A stretch of 64,000 nt of DNA from Yuukianura sp. NJ FZ-2021 (Eukaryota): NCBI GenBank assembly GCA_046563655.1, contig CM102283.1, forward strand, positions 6,510,001-6,574,000. Reading direction: 5' to 3'. This document shows, piece by piece, positions 12,595 to 24,161 of this stretch. The notes beneath the pieces are model-generated. The model did not search any database. It was not told the origin of the DNA and was given only the letters and a program-made list of their open reading frames with translations. A program made the translations under genes and the position numbers. The first letter of the stretch is position 1. Each line of letters begins with the position of its first letter.

Positions 12595-15500
12595 AACCAA
12601 AATCAAATCTTAGTCAGAAATTTTAGTTTTGAGTTTCTATTTTCTTTTTTTTTCTTTTCTTTTTTTGGTTTTTCTTTTGTTTTTGTTTTTTTAAATTTTT
12701 GTTTTTAAAATTTAAGTTGTTGGTTAAAACTGAGGTTGATTGCAGTAAACGTCGAATGAAAGTTGTGTAATAAAGTTAAAATTATTTGCGCAACTAGCAG
12801 TAGTTCTTTCGAATTCTACTTGCTTGAAAAAATTCCAAATAGGAATGTTGATTTTTTTTAGAAAAACTTTTTGCTACTGCTGTTCAGTTTTAAACGAAAA
12901 AGTGTTACTGAAACAAAAGTTTTTTTTAAATAATTACTTCTTTTAATCAAACTGAACAAGTGAAGTGAGACCGTAAATCAATAGACACTTTATAACAAAA
13001 CTAGAAACTTCCAAAGGTGTAAAAAAGTAATCAGAAACTTTTCCAGAGTGAAAATGATTAACGACCTAGTATGGATTCTTTAAGAGAAAAACAATAAAAA
13101 ACCAACTCGTAAGAAACCTAGCGACTCACTTGCATCCTCCATAGTTTCAAAAATTTTTTAATATTGGTTTTTAACTTTATTTTTCAATTTTTTCCACGTT
13201 GCTAAGTTAGAATTGTCCCTCGAGGAACACTAATACCCAGACACAACAGAATTCATTAACTATATCCCCAGGCATCATTACTCCAATTACTTTGCTCAGT
13301 CTAATGCTTTATGTTAGGTTAGGTAACGTCAGCCTCCAGCCTAATCCTTGTTTTGTTTGTACTTTAACTTTTCAAACTAATGCCATTAATTCACTTTTCT
13401 TGGACTTTTCAAAGGTTACTGAGGTCAACTGGACAGCTAATGTTAAAGGTCAACATGTAAAACAATCGACAGACATTACAAATTAAGACAACATTTTGGA
13501 TTAATTATCAGTTTTGGTTTTTTTTTTGAAAAAAAAAAGTATTATACATGTGCATGAGAGGATAAAGTATGATGTTAAGTTTAGATAAAATGAAAATTTT
13601 TAGTAGTTTTTCAAATATAATTTGGGTTTTTTGGGGAAAGTGTGCCCAAATGTTTACAGAGTTTTTACACCAACTTCAGTTTCGTTTTGTGCAAGCAGGC
13701 GAAAGTTTTGGGGTGGAGTGAGTAGGAGAAAGTTATAATTTTGAAATTTCCCTCCTCGTGCATGCCTGCTTTTCCAATTCAAAAAAGTAAAATCAAGGAG
13801 TTGGGAAGGAGTGCTGTAGTCATCTCATCTTAGGAATCATATGCTTCGTTGATTTCTCGTTCGAAGGAGGCTTAAGCCAGAAATGACGTTAGGGCCGGAT
13901 ATGGCGTGCCAGGAAGAAAGTTGCCCTTGTGTCCCACTAAAACCCGGGTTTTTATGAGGCTCTTGGGCACCTTAGCTAGATTTGTTAAGCTACAACCTCC
14001 GTGGTGATAACCATCTTGTCAGCTTATGGCTTCTTCTCTCACATCAAAAGTCTAAAAATCTAACCTAGTTTGACAAAATTAACAAGACGTGCGTATGACA
14101 TCAAACGACGACACTCAAGGGCGTGAATCAAAAATTCATCCCTTGCGTACATTTGGAAAGTTACGCGTTTAAAAAGTTTTCGCGCCATTTTCGTGTGTTT
14201 GACAATTTTTAGATTTTTAGATGAAAGTTGTTGACCTTTTCGTTTTTTCGTTTCGTTAGTTTTCGCAGAAGATATAAATTTTAAGGTCGGATTGGCCTAT
14301 GCCAGATTAGGTTTAGGTTAGGCTGGATCAGATTAGGTTGGATTAGGATAAGGAGAGCCTGGTTTAGCCTTTATTTTAGCGAGATAAAAGTGATATGAAT
14401 GTGCACTACCAAAAACTGTAGATAAGTCATAAAATTAAGTCTGAGCGAAAGTGCGCCAAATTCGAACGTTGAACATGGCGACCGCAACAGATTTATACCA
14501 AACTTCATGTCTGCTGTAGATAAAGTTAGAAAATTAGCATAAATCTACACGATACAAAGCTAAAAACTTTTTGTTGTTTCGTGTCAAGTCACGATGACAA
14601 GTTCATTAGATTTCAAAATGGACTTCAAAACTCCCCGGAGTTTAGGTAATTAGCAGTGACTTTGTAAACGTAAGCTTCCAACAACACGCTACGAATCAAT
14701 TCAAATTCTCCCGCTCCTGCTTTGTAAGCTCGCAATTACTCAATTAAATTTCAAAAGCCAGAAATTTTAGAAAAACAAATAGTTGGAAACGTAAAATGTT
14801 TGAAGATTAGTCAAGCGTTGTTTAACCACCGTTAGAAAAAATCTGGAATAAAAATTTCAAATTTAAAAAAAGAAAAATTTGAACCAGTTTTTAAAACAAT
14901 TACTTTCACGTGTGGGGTTTCTTTCAAAACTTATTTTTTGAAAGTTGCAGTTTCTGGTTTCACAGTTTTCTAGAATAAAAACCAGGAAAAAGAAAGTCAA
15001 GCGATGCCCAAAAACAAAAGTGAAAGCGGAAAACGTGGTCCCTGAGCTTGTTAATATGTAAGAAGTGAAGTGTTAAGCTGGAGCACACCTTCTGGATGTA
15101 GCAAGATGGAGGACACATTCTGGATACGTTCGGATAACATAACCTAACAATTCTGGACGCATGAAAGGTCATGCAAAATGGCGGCCATGAAACGTAAGTC
15201 ATCTGGATCCGGTAGACACATTTCCAAGCAACGCTACCAATAAATGTCACCCAAGAGAGAACATTAAGATGACAAGGAAAAAAGCCGGAGATGGTTAAAA
15301 TTTGAAAAAAAAAAGTCGAGTAACGTAACTTCCCGCCAATTTTGTGAAACTGATATTTCAGTATTTCAATTCAAACTTCAAAATTTTACAAAATTGAAAA
15401 AAGAGAAAGTCGTACTAGCTAAATCAGGAAGCTTTTACTCCTTAATTTTTTTTTCATTTAGGAAGGAACTAATTAAGGACAATAATGAGAGAGAAAGGAG

Positions 15501-16495
15501 TCATTTACTTGATTCTACTTTGAATTCAGCCAAAATTCAAAATTTTTCAAGAAAAGAGTCATTTTTCTTTCTTCTTTTCCAGTTTGAAATTTTGTGAAGT
15601 GAAAGCTCATTTGAATCTCCGCTCCAAAAAGTTTCTTTTGTGTAAGCATAACTTTTCCTGTCTGCGGACTTTCTCTCTACCCAAACCCACTTTTCTCCCG
15701 CCAAAAGTCAACTTTGTCCAATTACCGTTTGGTTTTCTCCAACCCAAATGAATCAACCTCAATAAATTTACAAATCTGAAAGAGAAAGTATCGCTTATAA
15801 GGCTTCAAAAATTCCAACTTCAAAGGCTTTTACTTACCTTCGACGCTCAAATCCATAAATTCCAAGCACTCAAACTCAACTTTTTTTTTTTTATAAAAAT
15901 AAAAGGAAAGTCCACTTTTATAAATTCTAAAAAGTGCTATAAGTGCTAGTTTTTTGAATGTTTCCAGCGTTGAATCTTTCCACTACTCACAAGGTTATGT
16001 TGAGGCTAAGCTGACTACACCAACACTACTCAAGTGAGTACCAGAAGCCATGGGAGCCCTTTGGGAAAGGCGTGTGGACTGCTCGAATTGGAAGGAAAGA
16101 CTAACGAGGAGAAAGTGTGGCAGAGTTAGGCAAAGAGAAAGTCTACCGGGACGAGTTCAAAATCCAGCGCCTCGGTGGGACTAGAAGCTTGTAAGTCATG
16201 ACCTTCAACTTATATTTGACCCCGTGGCATACCCGGTTATGCATGACCTTGACCTTAGCATGACCTTACACACCAAATGTAAACAAGGAATGCAAAATAA
16301 ATTCGCAGATTTGAATACTATTGCATGTTTTATTTACTATTTTAATTTTTTTTGAAAAAGTAGAGTATTTTGAATATTTTTAAGAGTAGTATTGTATAAA
16401 TTCATACCATTTTGGTATGTACATGTTCATGTACACATTTTTTTTTGTGAAGTTGAGTATAAAGTTGATGAAAGATTGAGTTGCGATATTGAAAT

Positions 16496-18178
16496 TCAGT
16501 GTTCGGCAGTCCCAATAAGCATTTGGTAGTTCACATCTCTGACATGGTGAAAATAGTGTCGAGGGCGGACGTTGCGGAGCGTTTGAAATGAGTCGATTTT
16601 GACATTGTCTCCTCCCCCTTGGTTACACCACGTCACGAATTCAGGCGAAACGAATTCTGGAAAATTCTCCAATCCCATTGCATTTACCGCTTCTCTATCC
16701 ATTACGAATTCATCTAGTGCAACCCCTTTAAGCGTCAGTTTTTGAGTTTTTGGAAATAAGTTCAGAAGCCAGCGAAGGTGCATTTTTCCAAAAACAGTCA
16801 CCGGGTAGCCATCTTGAATGAGCCAAGGAACCAGACCAAGCGACACTTCGGTCAAGTTAGGAAATTGTGACGGTTCGGTGACCTTGTCGAACAGTTCCGA
16901 CGATCCAGTTGGAATAAATCCGGTAAGAGACAAAGTCTTCAACGAAGATGGAAGCAGCAAGAGGTCAAGCAATTTGACCCTCCGATTTTTATATTCTGAG
17001 CAAAGTGTCAACTTCTTCAAGGCCAAACATGCTGCAAACCATGAGCAACTCAATGAGCGATGAGTGGGTTCCTCCACTCTCTCCATTGATCCAATTCTAA
17101 TTTCCTCCAATGTGGCACAATTGTTTTTGACGATGTTTCCAATTTGTTCCAACTCTTCTTCATTCGTGTAGCAGATGACCAGATTCTTCATGTTCAACTG
17201 TGTTGCAAAAATTTTCAAGGCCATTCTTGTACGTTGACGGTTCTCAGGACGAGACGCTTCGAAATTAAACAAGCAAGATTCGACAATTTGAAATCTCTGA
17301 TTGGTCGAATTTGTGATGGCAGGAGATGACTCTGAGGCGCTTGCGTATCGATGGAATCTGATGAACAAAGTTACAGATTGAGCTCTACCGAAGAGTTCTT
17401 CAACCGTAATGAGCTGGAGGGATTGACATTGTTCGTCCAGAATCCGTTTCATGACGATGTTTGCGAAATCTCCGCGGAGCGGTTGATCTAAAACTCCTGG
17501 AAAAAGCAGCCGCAAAACGTTTTCAATGTTGAAGAGTGAACTGAGGTTCATTTCTCTCAAGCAATTGAATTTCATCCGATGACAAACATGGTCAGTCACT
17601 AGTAGAAGGTCATGCTTCTCTTCAATCTTCGGCATTCCAATGTTCAATTTCGTCACCTCAAGCACGAGTTCATCAGCTGAAATGTTGAACTTTGAAAGAG
17701 TTCGGTAGTCGTCGAGTGAGACATAACTGATCGTGACTGATTGGACTTTGCGACATCCGTCGAGGATGTTGACGACATTGTACTCTGGAATGTTGCCGGT
17801 GATTTCCAGATTGTTGACACGAGACATGAACTGTCCAAATTCAGGAGAAAGGTAGATTGGAAACTGGACAGAATTGAGTTTAAGATGGATTTTGGACACA
17901 GTAGTCATTTTGACAAAGGATTCCCAGTTGTGGTTGCCCATTTCCAACCGTGTTGGGTAGATAGAGTCGATGGTGTTGCGCCAGTAGGCGCAAACGGCTC
18001 GACTTCGCGCAAGGGCAGTAGCATCCAAATGTCCAAAGATGATATTGAGTAACTAAAAAGTTTAAATGGACGAATTAAACGTTAATTTTGTTGATTGTGA
18101 TTTAACAAGAGACGTTTGAATTACTTCTGGAGGTAGGTTATGGAAGTGTGTTTGTTGAATGTTGTCAGCAGTGGCCAT
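16496..18178 (-). CDS. F-box + LRR-like protein, paralog 1 (exons 18178-18125, 18052-16496; about 536 aa)
   Basis: Spliced N-terminus MATADNIQQTHFHNLPPE|LLNIIFGHLDATALARSRAVCAYWR is an F-box motif. Downstream LxxLxL repeats (LKKLTL, LKTLSL, LTEVSL). Confidence 0.85.
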
Positions 18179-18528
18179 TTTGAAATGACGTCCAAATCTA
18201 TTGCAAAAAAAAAGTAGAAATTTTTGTAAAATCTAAAAATTTCAAATATCTATGAGTAATTACAAATTGGAAAAGATTTCAGCAACTCTTGAAACCATTT
18301 TACCAAATGCAAGTTCAAATTGACATCCAAAATGTTTCAAAAGTCAAAATTCAACTTTCGAGAGTCTTCCTTGAACGACTTTTGCCAGCAGATGCTCACG
18401 GAACGCTGAAATTGGTTTGAAAATTGTTGAAATTTTCTTAAAGGAATTAAATAAATTTCACACTTTGAAACAGACAGCGGGTTTCCCGGGCGACGTATTT
18501 GATAATTTTGGTTATAATAATAATAATT

Positions 18529-19890
18529 GTGCAGTTGGGACGTAGAAGGGCGAGTTTCGTGTTTACATCTTTTTTTCGATTTTCCGTGGCGATTTTCGAC
18601 AAAATTTCAAAATATTAAGGGTGGTGCACACAGTGAACTCGGGAGCGTAATTCCGCGCTAATAATATTCACCGCAGATGGCGCACGCGAATTGGTTTATA
18701 ATGTTATATCTCCTAATAATAATAAATTAATAATCATGGTAATGATCTTAATCGACGAATAATATAATTTAAACCTTTATTTCCTTAATATTATTATCTC
18801 CATCAAATAGGGTAGAAAAGTCACTACTCGTTGAATTCTAGAAATGTTGAAATGACAATAAGTCAAAAATTCTGTCGACTTTTGTTGCGAGCGCAAAATT
18901 GGATCGGTTTGTCAAACGAATTAGAATGCAATGGTATTATAATGTGGTACAGCTCAATCGTTGCTGAAATCGCACATTGACGTCACTGTAATCACAAGTA
19001 AAAATTGAAGCTGAAATCGCACGTGAATATCGCAGCTGAAATCACAGATCAAAATTGCAGCGTAAATCGCACGTCAAAATCGCTATACTAAGCCTCACAG
19101 CTGAAATCAGACCTAAACAACCCACGCCACAATTGAAACTGATAACCGCGTATCAAAATCGCAGCTGAAACCGGATGTAAACATCGCAGCTGCAAACTCA
19201 TTGAAGCAGCGTGCGACTAACTCGAAACAGAAATTCAACGTGAAAAATATGCAGCGCCAAATATTGCAATCGTATGCGGAAAGTGTCAGCTGTGTGATTG
19301 CGTCCACGTAAGGTGCGATTTTATATTGTTTATTTTGTTTTCACTTAGCAAGGCGGTAACTGCGCATGAGAATTTTCTACTCAAACACTCGCCTCTATGG
19401 CCAACTTTTTTTTGCGTGCAACTGCGATGCTCGCTGATGGGAGTTTTTTTTTTCACGTACTACTTTTCACGTAGTTGCACTGCGTTTTTTCTCTTGCGCA
19501 TTAAAAAACGGCGAGATTCGTGTGTGATTCCTGTCGTAATTTTTACATGTGAATCACATCTGCGATTTCTGTCGTGCGGCGGGTTCGGGAAAGAGATTTT
19601 CATGTGTTATTAGGCTATCCGCTGGAGGGAGGTTTTCAAGTGTTCTTATTAGGTATCCGCATATCTCTCCTCTAAATTTTGCTTCTTCCGATATCGCAAA
19701 GAATGCGAGTTAAAATTCAGTACGCACATTAAAGAAAAAAATATAAAGAAAACTCGGCGACGAAAAATCGGATTACATAAAGGCAAAGTGTGAACAGGCC
19801 TTAAAGTGCTGAATTTTTCTAAAAATCGCCAAGGCGACGGGAAAATATAGGAGTAAACACGAAAGTCGCCTTTCTACGTCCCAGCCGCAT
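18529..19890. mobile_element. Palindromic MITE (outer element), AATT target duplication, interrupted by an inner element
   Basis: Left end GTGCAGTTGGGACGTAGAAGGGCGAGTTTCGTGTTTAC versus right end reverse complement ATGCGGCTGGGACGTAGAAAGGCGACTTTCGTGTTTAC. AATT on both sides; single AATT at the paralogous empty site (~26655). Confidence 0.8.
18619..19800. mobile_element. Nested non-autonomous TIR element (PIF/Harbinger- or Kolobok-like) flanked by TTAA
   Basis: TTAA-GGGTGGTGCACAC ... GTGTGAACAGGCC-TTAA imperfect termini. Many AAATCGC(A) motifs in the left half and TGCGATT in the right half. Confidence 0.6.
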
Positions 19891-20264
19891 AATTATTATT
19901 ATTGTTCATTTTTTTTTTACTGTGCAGTTGTTGATTGTAATTTTTCAAGCGTCACTCCTAGAAATGTATTAGGTTGACTTAAGGAAAACTTATCATCAAA
20001 TTTTCTTGAACTTTAGAAAATTCTTCTTTCCTAAAATGCGATTTTGTTTTCGGAGTACAGTGGATTCTCTAAATAAGGGACAGGAGCTCCTCCTCTTTCT
20101 CACTTTCACTCGAAGTCGCGGTACCGTAAAGTTTTAATTTTGGAGGGAACGTATGTTTCAGTTTATCGGCTTATTTTTTACGATTATTTTTTTTTTTTTG
20201 GTTAATTTTTTTTTGGTGCCAAACAAAAGTAATTAGATAATTAAATGAAATTAACTAATATTAA

Positions 20265-20479
20265 TGTAGTGTTTCGGCGCTTTTCAGCGCCTATCTCAAC
20301 TTCCCGTAAGTTTAGATTTAGAGTCCAGAGTGGCGGTAACTTTGAGAGTCACCACCACCCTGCCAAAAACCACACTTTTCGTCACTCGATAGTCAGGTTT
20401 CGAGCCAACAACATAAAATCCGAGATTTAAGTTTTGATTAAATAAATCATCATTTATTTAACTCGGCCGATACACCACA
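20265..20479 (+). repeat. 5' LTR
   Basis: TGTAGTGTTTCGG...GATACACCACA; contains AATAAA; matches 22677-22891. Confidence 0.95.
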
Positions 20480-20656
20480 TTTGGCGTGGCTAGTGAAGCA
20501 ACGATTCGACATCGTCACAGCAACAACCACACAACTGGATAACGGTAATCGTCAACTTTTGGGCACGGTAAATCGGAATTCGCCTCTCCCCACTAAGTTA
20601 CATTATCTAATCATTGTGAGTTGGTATAACTGATCATATCTGAGGAACAGCTAAAC

Positions 20657-22396
20657 ATGGCTTCTACCAGCTCTAAAACGACCCAGTCCGCAAACGTTAT
20701 CGGTTCGGTCCCGTCCTTTGATCATGACAAAGATGATTTCGACGACTGGACTGATCTCTTCAAGTTTTTTCTCTTGTCGAATGGTATCGACGAGAAGGAA
20801 CACGAGACACGATGCAGAGCTGTATTCTGTTCGTCCCTGGGCATGCGCACGTACACGCTGCTAAAGGATCTCCTGTCTCCTGACCTCCCTACGTCGAAAT
20901 CACTTCAAGTGCTCATCGACACGTTGTCGAGTCACTTCAAACCTTCACCTAAGGTAATTTCTGAAAGATTCAAATTCGGAAAAAGGGTACAGCAACATGG
21001 TGAGTCAGTTGCTGAATTTTTGGCTGAATTACGGAAATTAGCCACCACTTGTAAGTTCACATGTTGTTTAGACACTCGTCTTCGGGATCAGTTTATCTTA
21101 GGTTTAGGTAATGCTGCTGCCCAAAAACAACTGTTCACAAAGGAAAACGACATCTCCCTCGCCGACGTACTCTCTCTCGCCCAATCGCATGAACTTGCGA
21201 CCAAGTCGCAACAGCTGATTCGGGATGGGAACTCGGAAGAGAACGAGGAGACTGTCAACGCTGTTTTTCGTGAAGGGAAGGGTAATGGTAAAAAGTTTCA
21301 ACCAAAGTCTAATCATGTCCCACAGGATAACCAAAGCAGGAATTGTCCTAATTGCGGATCCAATCGTCACTCCAGTGCTAGGGACTGTGATAAAAAGGAC
21401 GTGGAATGTCACTCGTGCGGAAAACGGGGTCATTTCGCTAAATTCTGCAGGTCAAAGGGAAAGTCAGTCTCTGACCAACGTGACGAATCACCCGACAGCA
21501 GAATCTCGAATATCTCCTCGGTGAACCACGTTCACTCTGGGAGACGTAAGGAATTGTGTGTGTCACTAACTGTCAATGGTGTTTCCCATTCTTTTGAATT
21601 AGACACAGGTTCTGAGTACAGTCTGCTCTCCGAGGATTTTTGGAAATCGCTCGGCTCTCCGACTTTGAAGAAGTCCAACCTCATTTTCAAAGGATACTCT
21701 GGTGTCACATTTCGTCCAAAGGGTGAGTTGACTGCGACAGTCATGGACCATGGTCAAATTGTGTCACATCGGTTTCCAGTCACCACTGGTTCTTCCCTTC
21801 TTGGTCGTGACTTGATGGGTAAGGTAAAACTTAATTGGGGTGAAATTGGTAAAAGTCTGTCAAGTTGCAAATTTGTGAAAAACTTAACATTGGAAAGTGT
21901 TCTGGATGAGTTTATTACAGTTTTTCAAAATCCAACTGAGTCAGCCACGGACACCCGTGCAAAAGTCGTACACGACGAGGACGCCCAACCGGGGTCCCTC
22001 AAGTCTCGTCCAATCCCGTTCTCGCCAGGGTCAAAGGTCGACGAACAATTGGCACCGTTTTCGTTTCGTAAATTGGAGGAGGAGGAAGTGGCGTTGAACA
22101 CTGCAGTGCCAAAGCCAGTAACGTCACCTAGTCCAAAGTCCACTCCAAAGTCACAACAAAGTCTGAAGGTCACGTCTCCGTACTCGTCTGCTCCGATTCT
22201 GACTCCGCACATTCCTATGGAGAACACGAACGCCGATTCCAAACCCTCCCCGGAATACGAGTCACCGGAAGATGAAGACTACACTAGACCGTCCCCGGAA
22301 CCAAGTCCGTTTACTTCCCCGGAAGCAACTCAAGCCCCTGTGCCGACTCTATGTCGTCCGGTTCTTCCGCGTGCCGCGAAAGGCAAGAAAAACTGA
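20657..22396 (+). CDS. Gag-aspartic protease polyprotein (579 aa), no RT/RNase H/integrase
   Basis: Gag core (ERFKFGKRVQQHGESVAEFLAELRKLATTCKF, LRDQFILG), zinc knuckles CPNCGSNRHSSARDC and CHSCGKRGHFAKFC, retropepsin motifs LDTGS and LLGRD. No YxDD or integrase motifs; Pro/Ser-rich tail. Confidence 0.9.
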   Translation: MASTSSKTTQSANVIGSVPSFDHDKDDFDDWTDLFKFFLLSNGIDEKEHETRCRAVFCSSLGMRTYTLLKDLLSPDLPTSKSLQVLIDTLSSHFKPSPKVISERFKFGKRVQQHGESVAEFLAELRKLATTCKFTCCLDTRLRDQFILGLGNAAAQKQLFTKENDISLADVLSLAQSHELATKSQQLIRDGNSEENEETVNAVFREGKGNGKKFQPKSNHVPQDNQSRNCPNCGSNRHSSARDCDKKDVECHSCGKRGHFAKFCRSKGKSVSDQRDESPDSRISNISSVNHVHSGRRKELCVSLTVNGVSHSFELDTGSEYSLLSEDFWKSLGSPTLKKSNLIFKGYSGVTFRPKGELTATVMDHGQIVSHRFPVTTGSSLLGRDLMGKVKLNWGEIGKSLSSCKFVKNLTLESVLDEFITVFQNPTESATDTRAKVVHDEDAQPGSLKSRPIPFSPGSKVDEQLAPFSFRKLEEEEVALNTAVPKPVTSPSPKSTPKSQQSLKVTSPYSSAPILTPHIPMENTNADSKPSPEYESPEDEDYTRPSPEPSPFTSPEATQAPVPTLCRPVLPRAAKGKKN

Positions 22397-22676
22397 AAAT
22401 GTAACGGTTAGGTTACATAACTTGTAAGTATAGGTTAAGGTCCCAGTTTTCTAATTGTAACCTCCTCTCATAGAAAGGTCACTTCACTGTCCTCTACCTT
22501 AACCTACTTGACCCCCTCAGCGGATGGTCAAGTAAAACCTTGGTGCTGCTGGAGGCCTCGTCCACCTCCATGTCAAAGCAGTTGGTTCCCACCAAGTACC
22601 AAGAAGCTGAGGTCCTTATCCTTCTCTCTCCTTTTCCAAACGTTCTGGAAAGTAGCCTTTCGTAGAGAGGAAGGAA

Positions 22677-22891
22677 TGTAGTGTTTCGGCGCTTTTCAGC
22701 GCCTATCTCAACTTCCCGTAAGTTTAGATTTAGAGTCCAGAGTGGCGGTAACTTTGAGAGTCACCACCACCCTGCCAAAAACCACACTTTTCGTCACTCG
22801 ATAGTCAGGTTTCGAGCCAACAACATAAAATCCGAGATTTAAGTTTTGATTAAATAAATCATCATTTATTTAACTCGGCCGATACACCACA
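22677..22891 (+). repeat. 3' LTR
   Basis: Copy of 20265-20479, directly preceded by a polypurine tract. Confidence 0.95.
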
Positions 22892-22920
22892 ATTAATATA
22901 TATAATATTCATATAGTTAG

Positions 22921-23455
22921 GCAGAAACTGCGCAAGAGCGCAGAAACTGCGCAAGAGCGCAGAAACTGCGCAAGAGCGCAGAAACTGCGCAAGAGCGCAG
23001 AAACTGCGCAAGAGCGCAGAAACTGCGCAAGAGCGCAGAAACTGCGCAAGAGCGCAGAAACTGCGCAAGAGCGCAGAAACTGCGCAAGAGCGCAGAAACT
23101 GCGCAAGAGCGCAGAAACTGCGCAAGAGCGCAGAAACTGCGCAAGAGCGCAGAAACTGCGCAAGAGCGCAGAAACTGCGCAAGAGCGCAGAAACTGCGCA
23201 AGAGCGCAGAAACTGCGCAAGAGCGCAGAAACTGCGCAAGAGCGCAGAAACTGCGCAAGAGCGCAGAAACTGCGCAAGAGCGCAGAAACTGCGCAAGAGC
23301 GCAGAAACTGCGCAACAGCGCAGAAACTGCGCAACAGCGCAGAAACTGCGCAACAGCGCAGAAACTGCGCAACAGTGCAGAAACTGCGCAACAGCGCAGA
23401 AACTGCGTAACTATGCAGAAACTGCGCAACTTCGCACAAACTGCGCAACAGCGCA
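22921..23455. repeat. 19-bp minisatellite (GCAGAAACTGCGCAAGAGC)n, roughly 28 units
   Basis: Perfect units to ~23310, then GCAACAGC variants, then degenerate units. Confidence 0.95.
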
Positions 23456-23960
23456 GCGAACGATTTGATCAGTTGTGGACTCAGTGTTGCAGACATCTCC
23501 AAGAACTTGAAGAAAAGATTTTTGAGCTCGAAAAATTAGCCGAAACGCTTGTTAGCAATCCTATCAATCCTATAATTCCCCTAAGGGAAGACAGTGCAGA
23601 GTCGGATAGCGATAGCGCTAGCTCTTCATATTCAGATGCAGACTAAAATTACGCCCTCTCAATTTTGGTTAAAAATAAAAAAAAATATACGCGGAACGGT
23701 TGAATTTTGGATACATGTGGATCTGTTTGAATCACTTCAACCTAAGCAGTTTCTAAGAGCGACACTCCAAAAATTGCTATCAACAACTGCACAGTAAAAA
23801 AAAATGAACAGTATGATAGAATAAGTTTAATTAAATCCAGAACGCTTTTTAAAAAATTTGCTAATCGGGATGCGACAAATTCAAATAAATGCTATTTTCT
23901 AGCAATTATAATTTTATGGCTTTTCTTCTAATTCATTTTTAAAAATACAATTGCGTGAAT

Positions 23961-24161
23961 TTACTTCAGCGCGTAAGCATCGCCATACAAAGAGGTAACA
24001 CTGCTTCAATACTGGGAACGCTGCCTCCCGGGAAAGAACTCTACGAAATCTATTTACTTTGAATATATACAATACCTTATGAATTTTTAAACCTGCTGCG
24101 GCAGGTGAAAGTGAAAAAGAAATAAAAGTTCAGAATTTCCCTTTAAAAAAAAAAAAAAAAA
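23961..24161 (+). mobile_element. About 200-bp retroposed fragment (5'-truncated LINE/SINE or mRNA 3' end)
   Basis: AATAAA at 24121, poly(A) at 24145-24161 and 12-bp TSD AATTGCGTGAAT (23949-23960, 24162-24173). Absent from the paralogous site at ~26801. Confidence 0.85.

Larger units (their letters stand above)
20265..22891 (+). mobile_element. Non-autonomous Ty3/gypsy-like LTR retrotransposon (2627 bp) encoding only Gag-protease
   Basis: Two 215-bp TG..CA LTRs that read identical, a 5-bp TSD ATTAA (20260-20264, 22892-22896), PBS-like TGGCGTGGCTAG at 20482 and PPT AGAGAGGAAGGAA at 22664-22676. Confidence 0.95.
19902..23811. mobile_element. Non-autonomous DNA transposon with ~60-bp imperfect TIRs and TA TSD (Tc1/mariner-type target); hosts an LTR element and a minisatellite
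   Basis: TGTTCA(T)nACTGTGCAGTTGTTGAT at 19903 mirrors ATCAACAACTGCACAGT(A)nTGAACAG ending at 23811. TA on both sides; the paralogous site reads TTAT-TA-TGATAGA with a single TA. Confidence 0.8.

Noticed and set aside
16118-16165. Pol III A-box-like TGGCAGAGTTAGG and B-box-like GTTCAAATCC
   Set aside because: Spacing is shorter than in a tRNA and no cloverleaf forms; at most a decayed SINE remnant.
16196-16268. Cluster of TGACCT nuclear-receptor half sites near the duplication edge
   Set aside because: Short motifs, not retained in the duplicate; function cannot be supported.
20657-22396. Domesticated Gag gene (Arc/PEG10-like)
   Set aside because: Identical LTRs, PBS, PPT and TSD indicate a recent mobile insertion, not a fixed host gene.
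22862-23502. Long repetitive ORFs, and a CRISPR-like appearance of the array
   Set aside because: Products of a stop-free 19-bp tandem repeat; no unique spacers, no cas genes, eukaryotic context.
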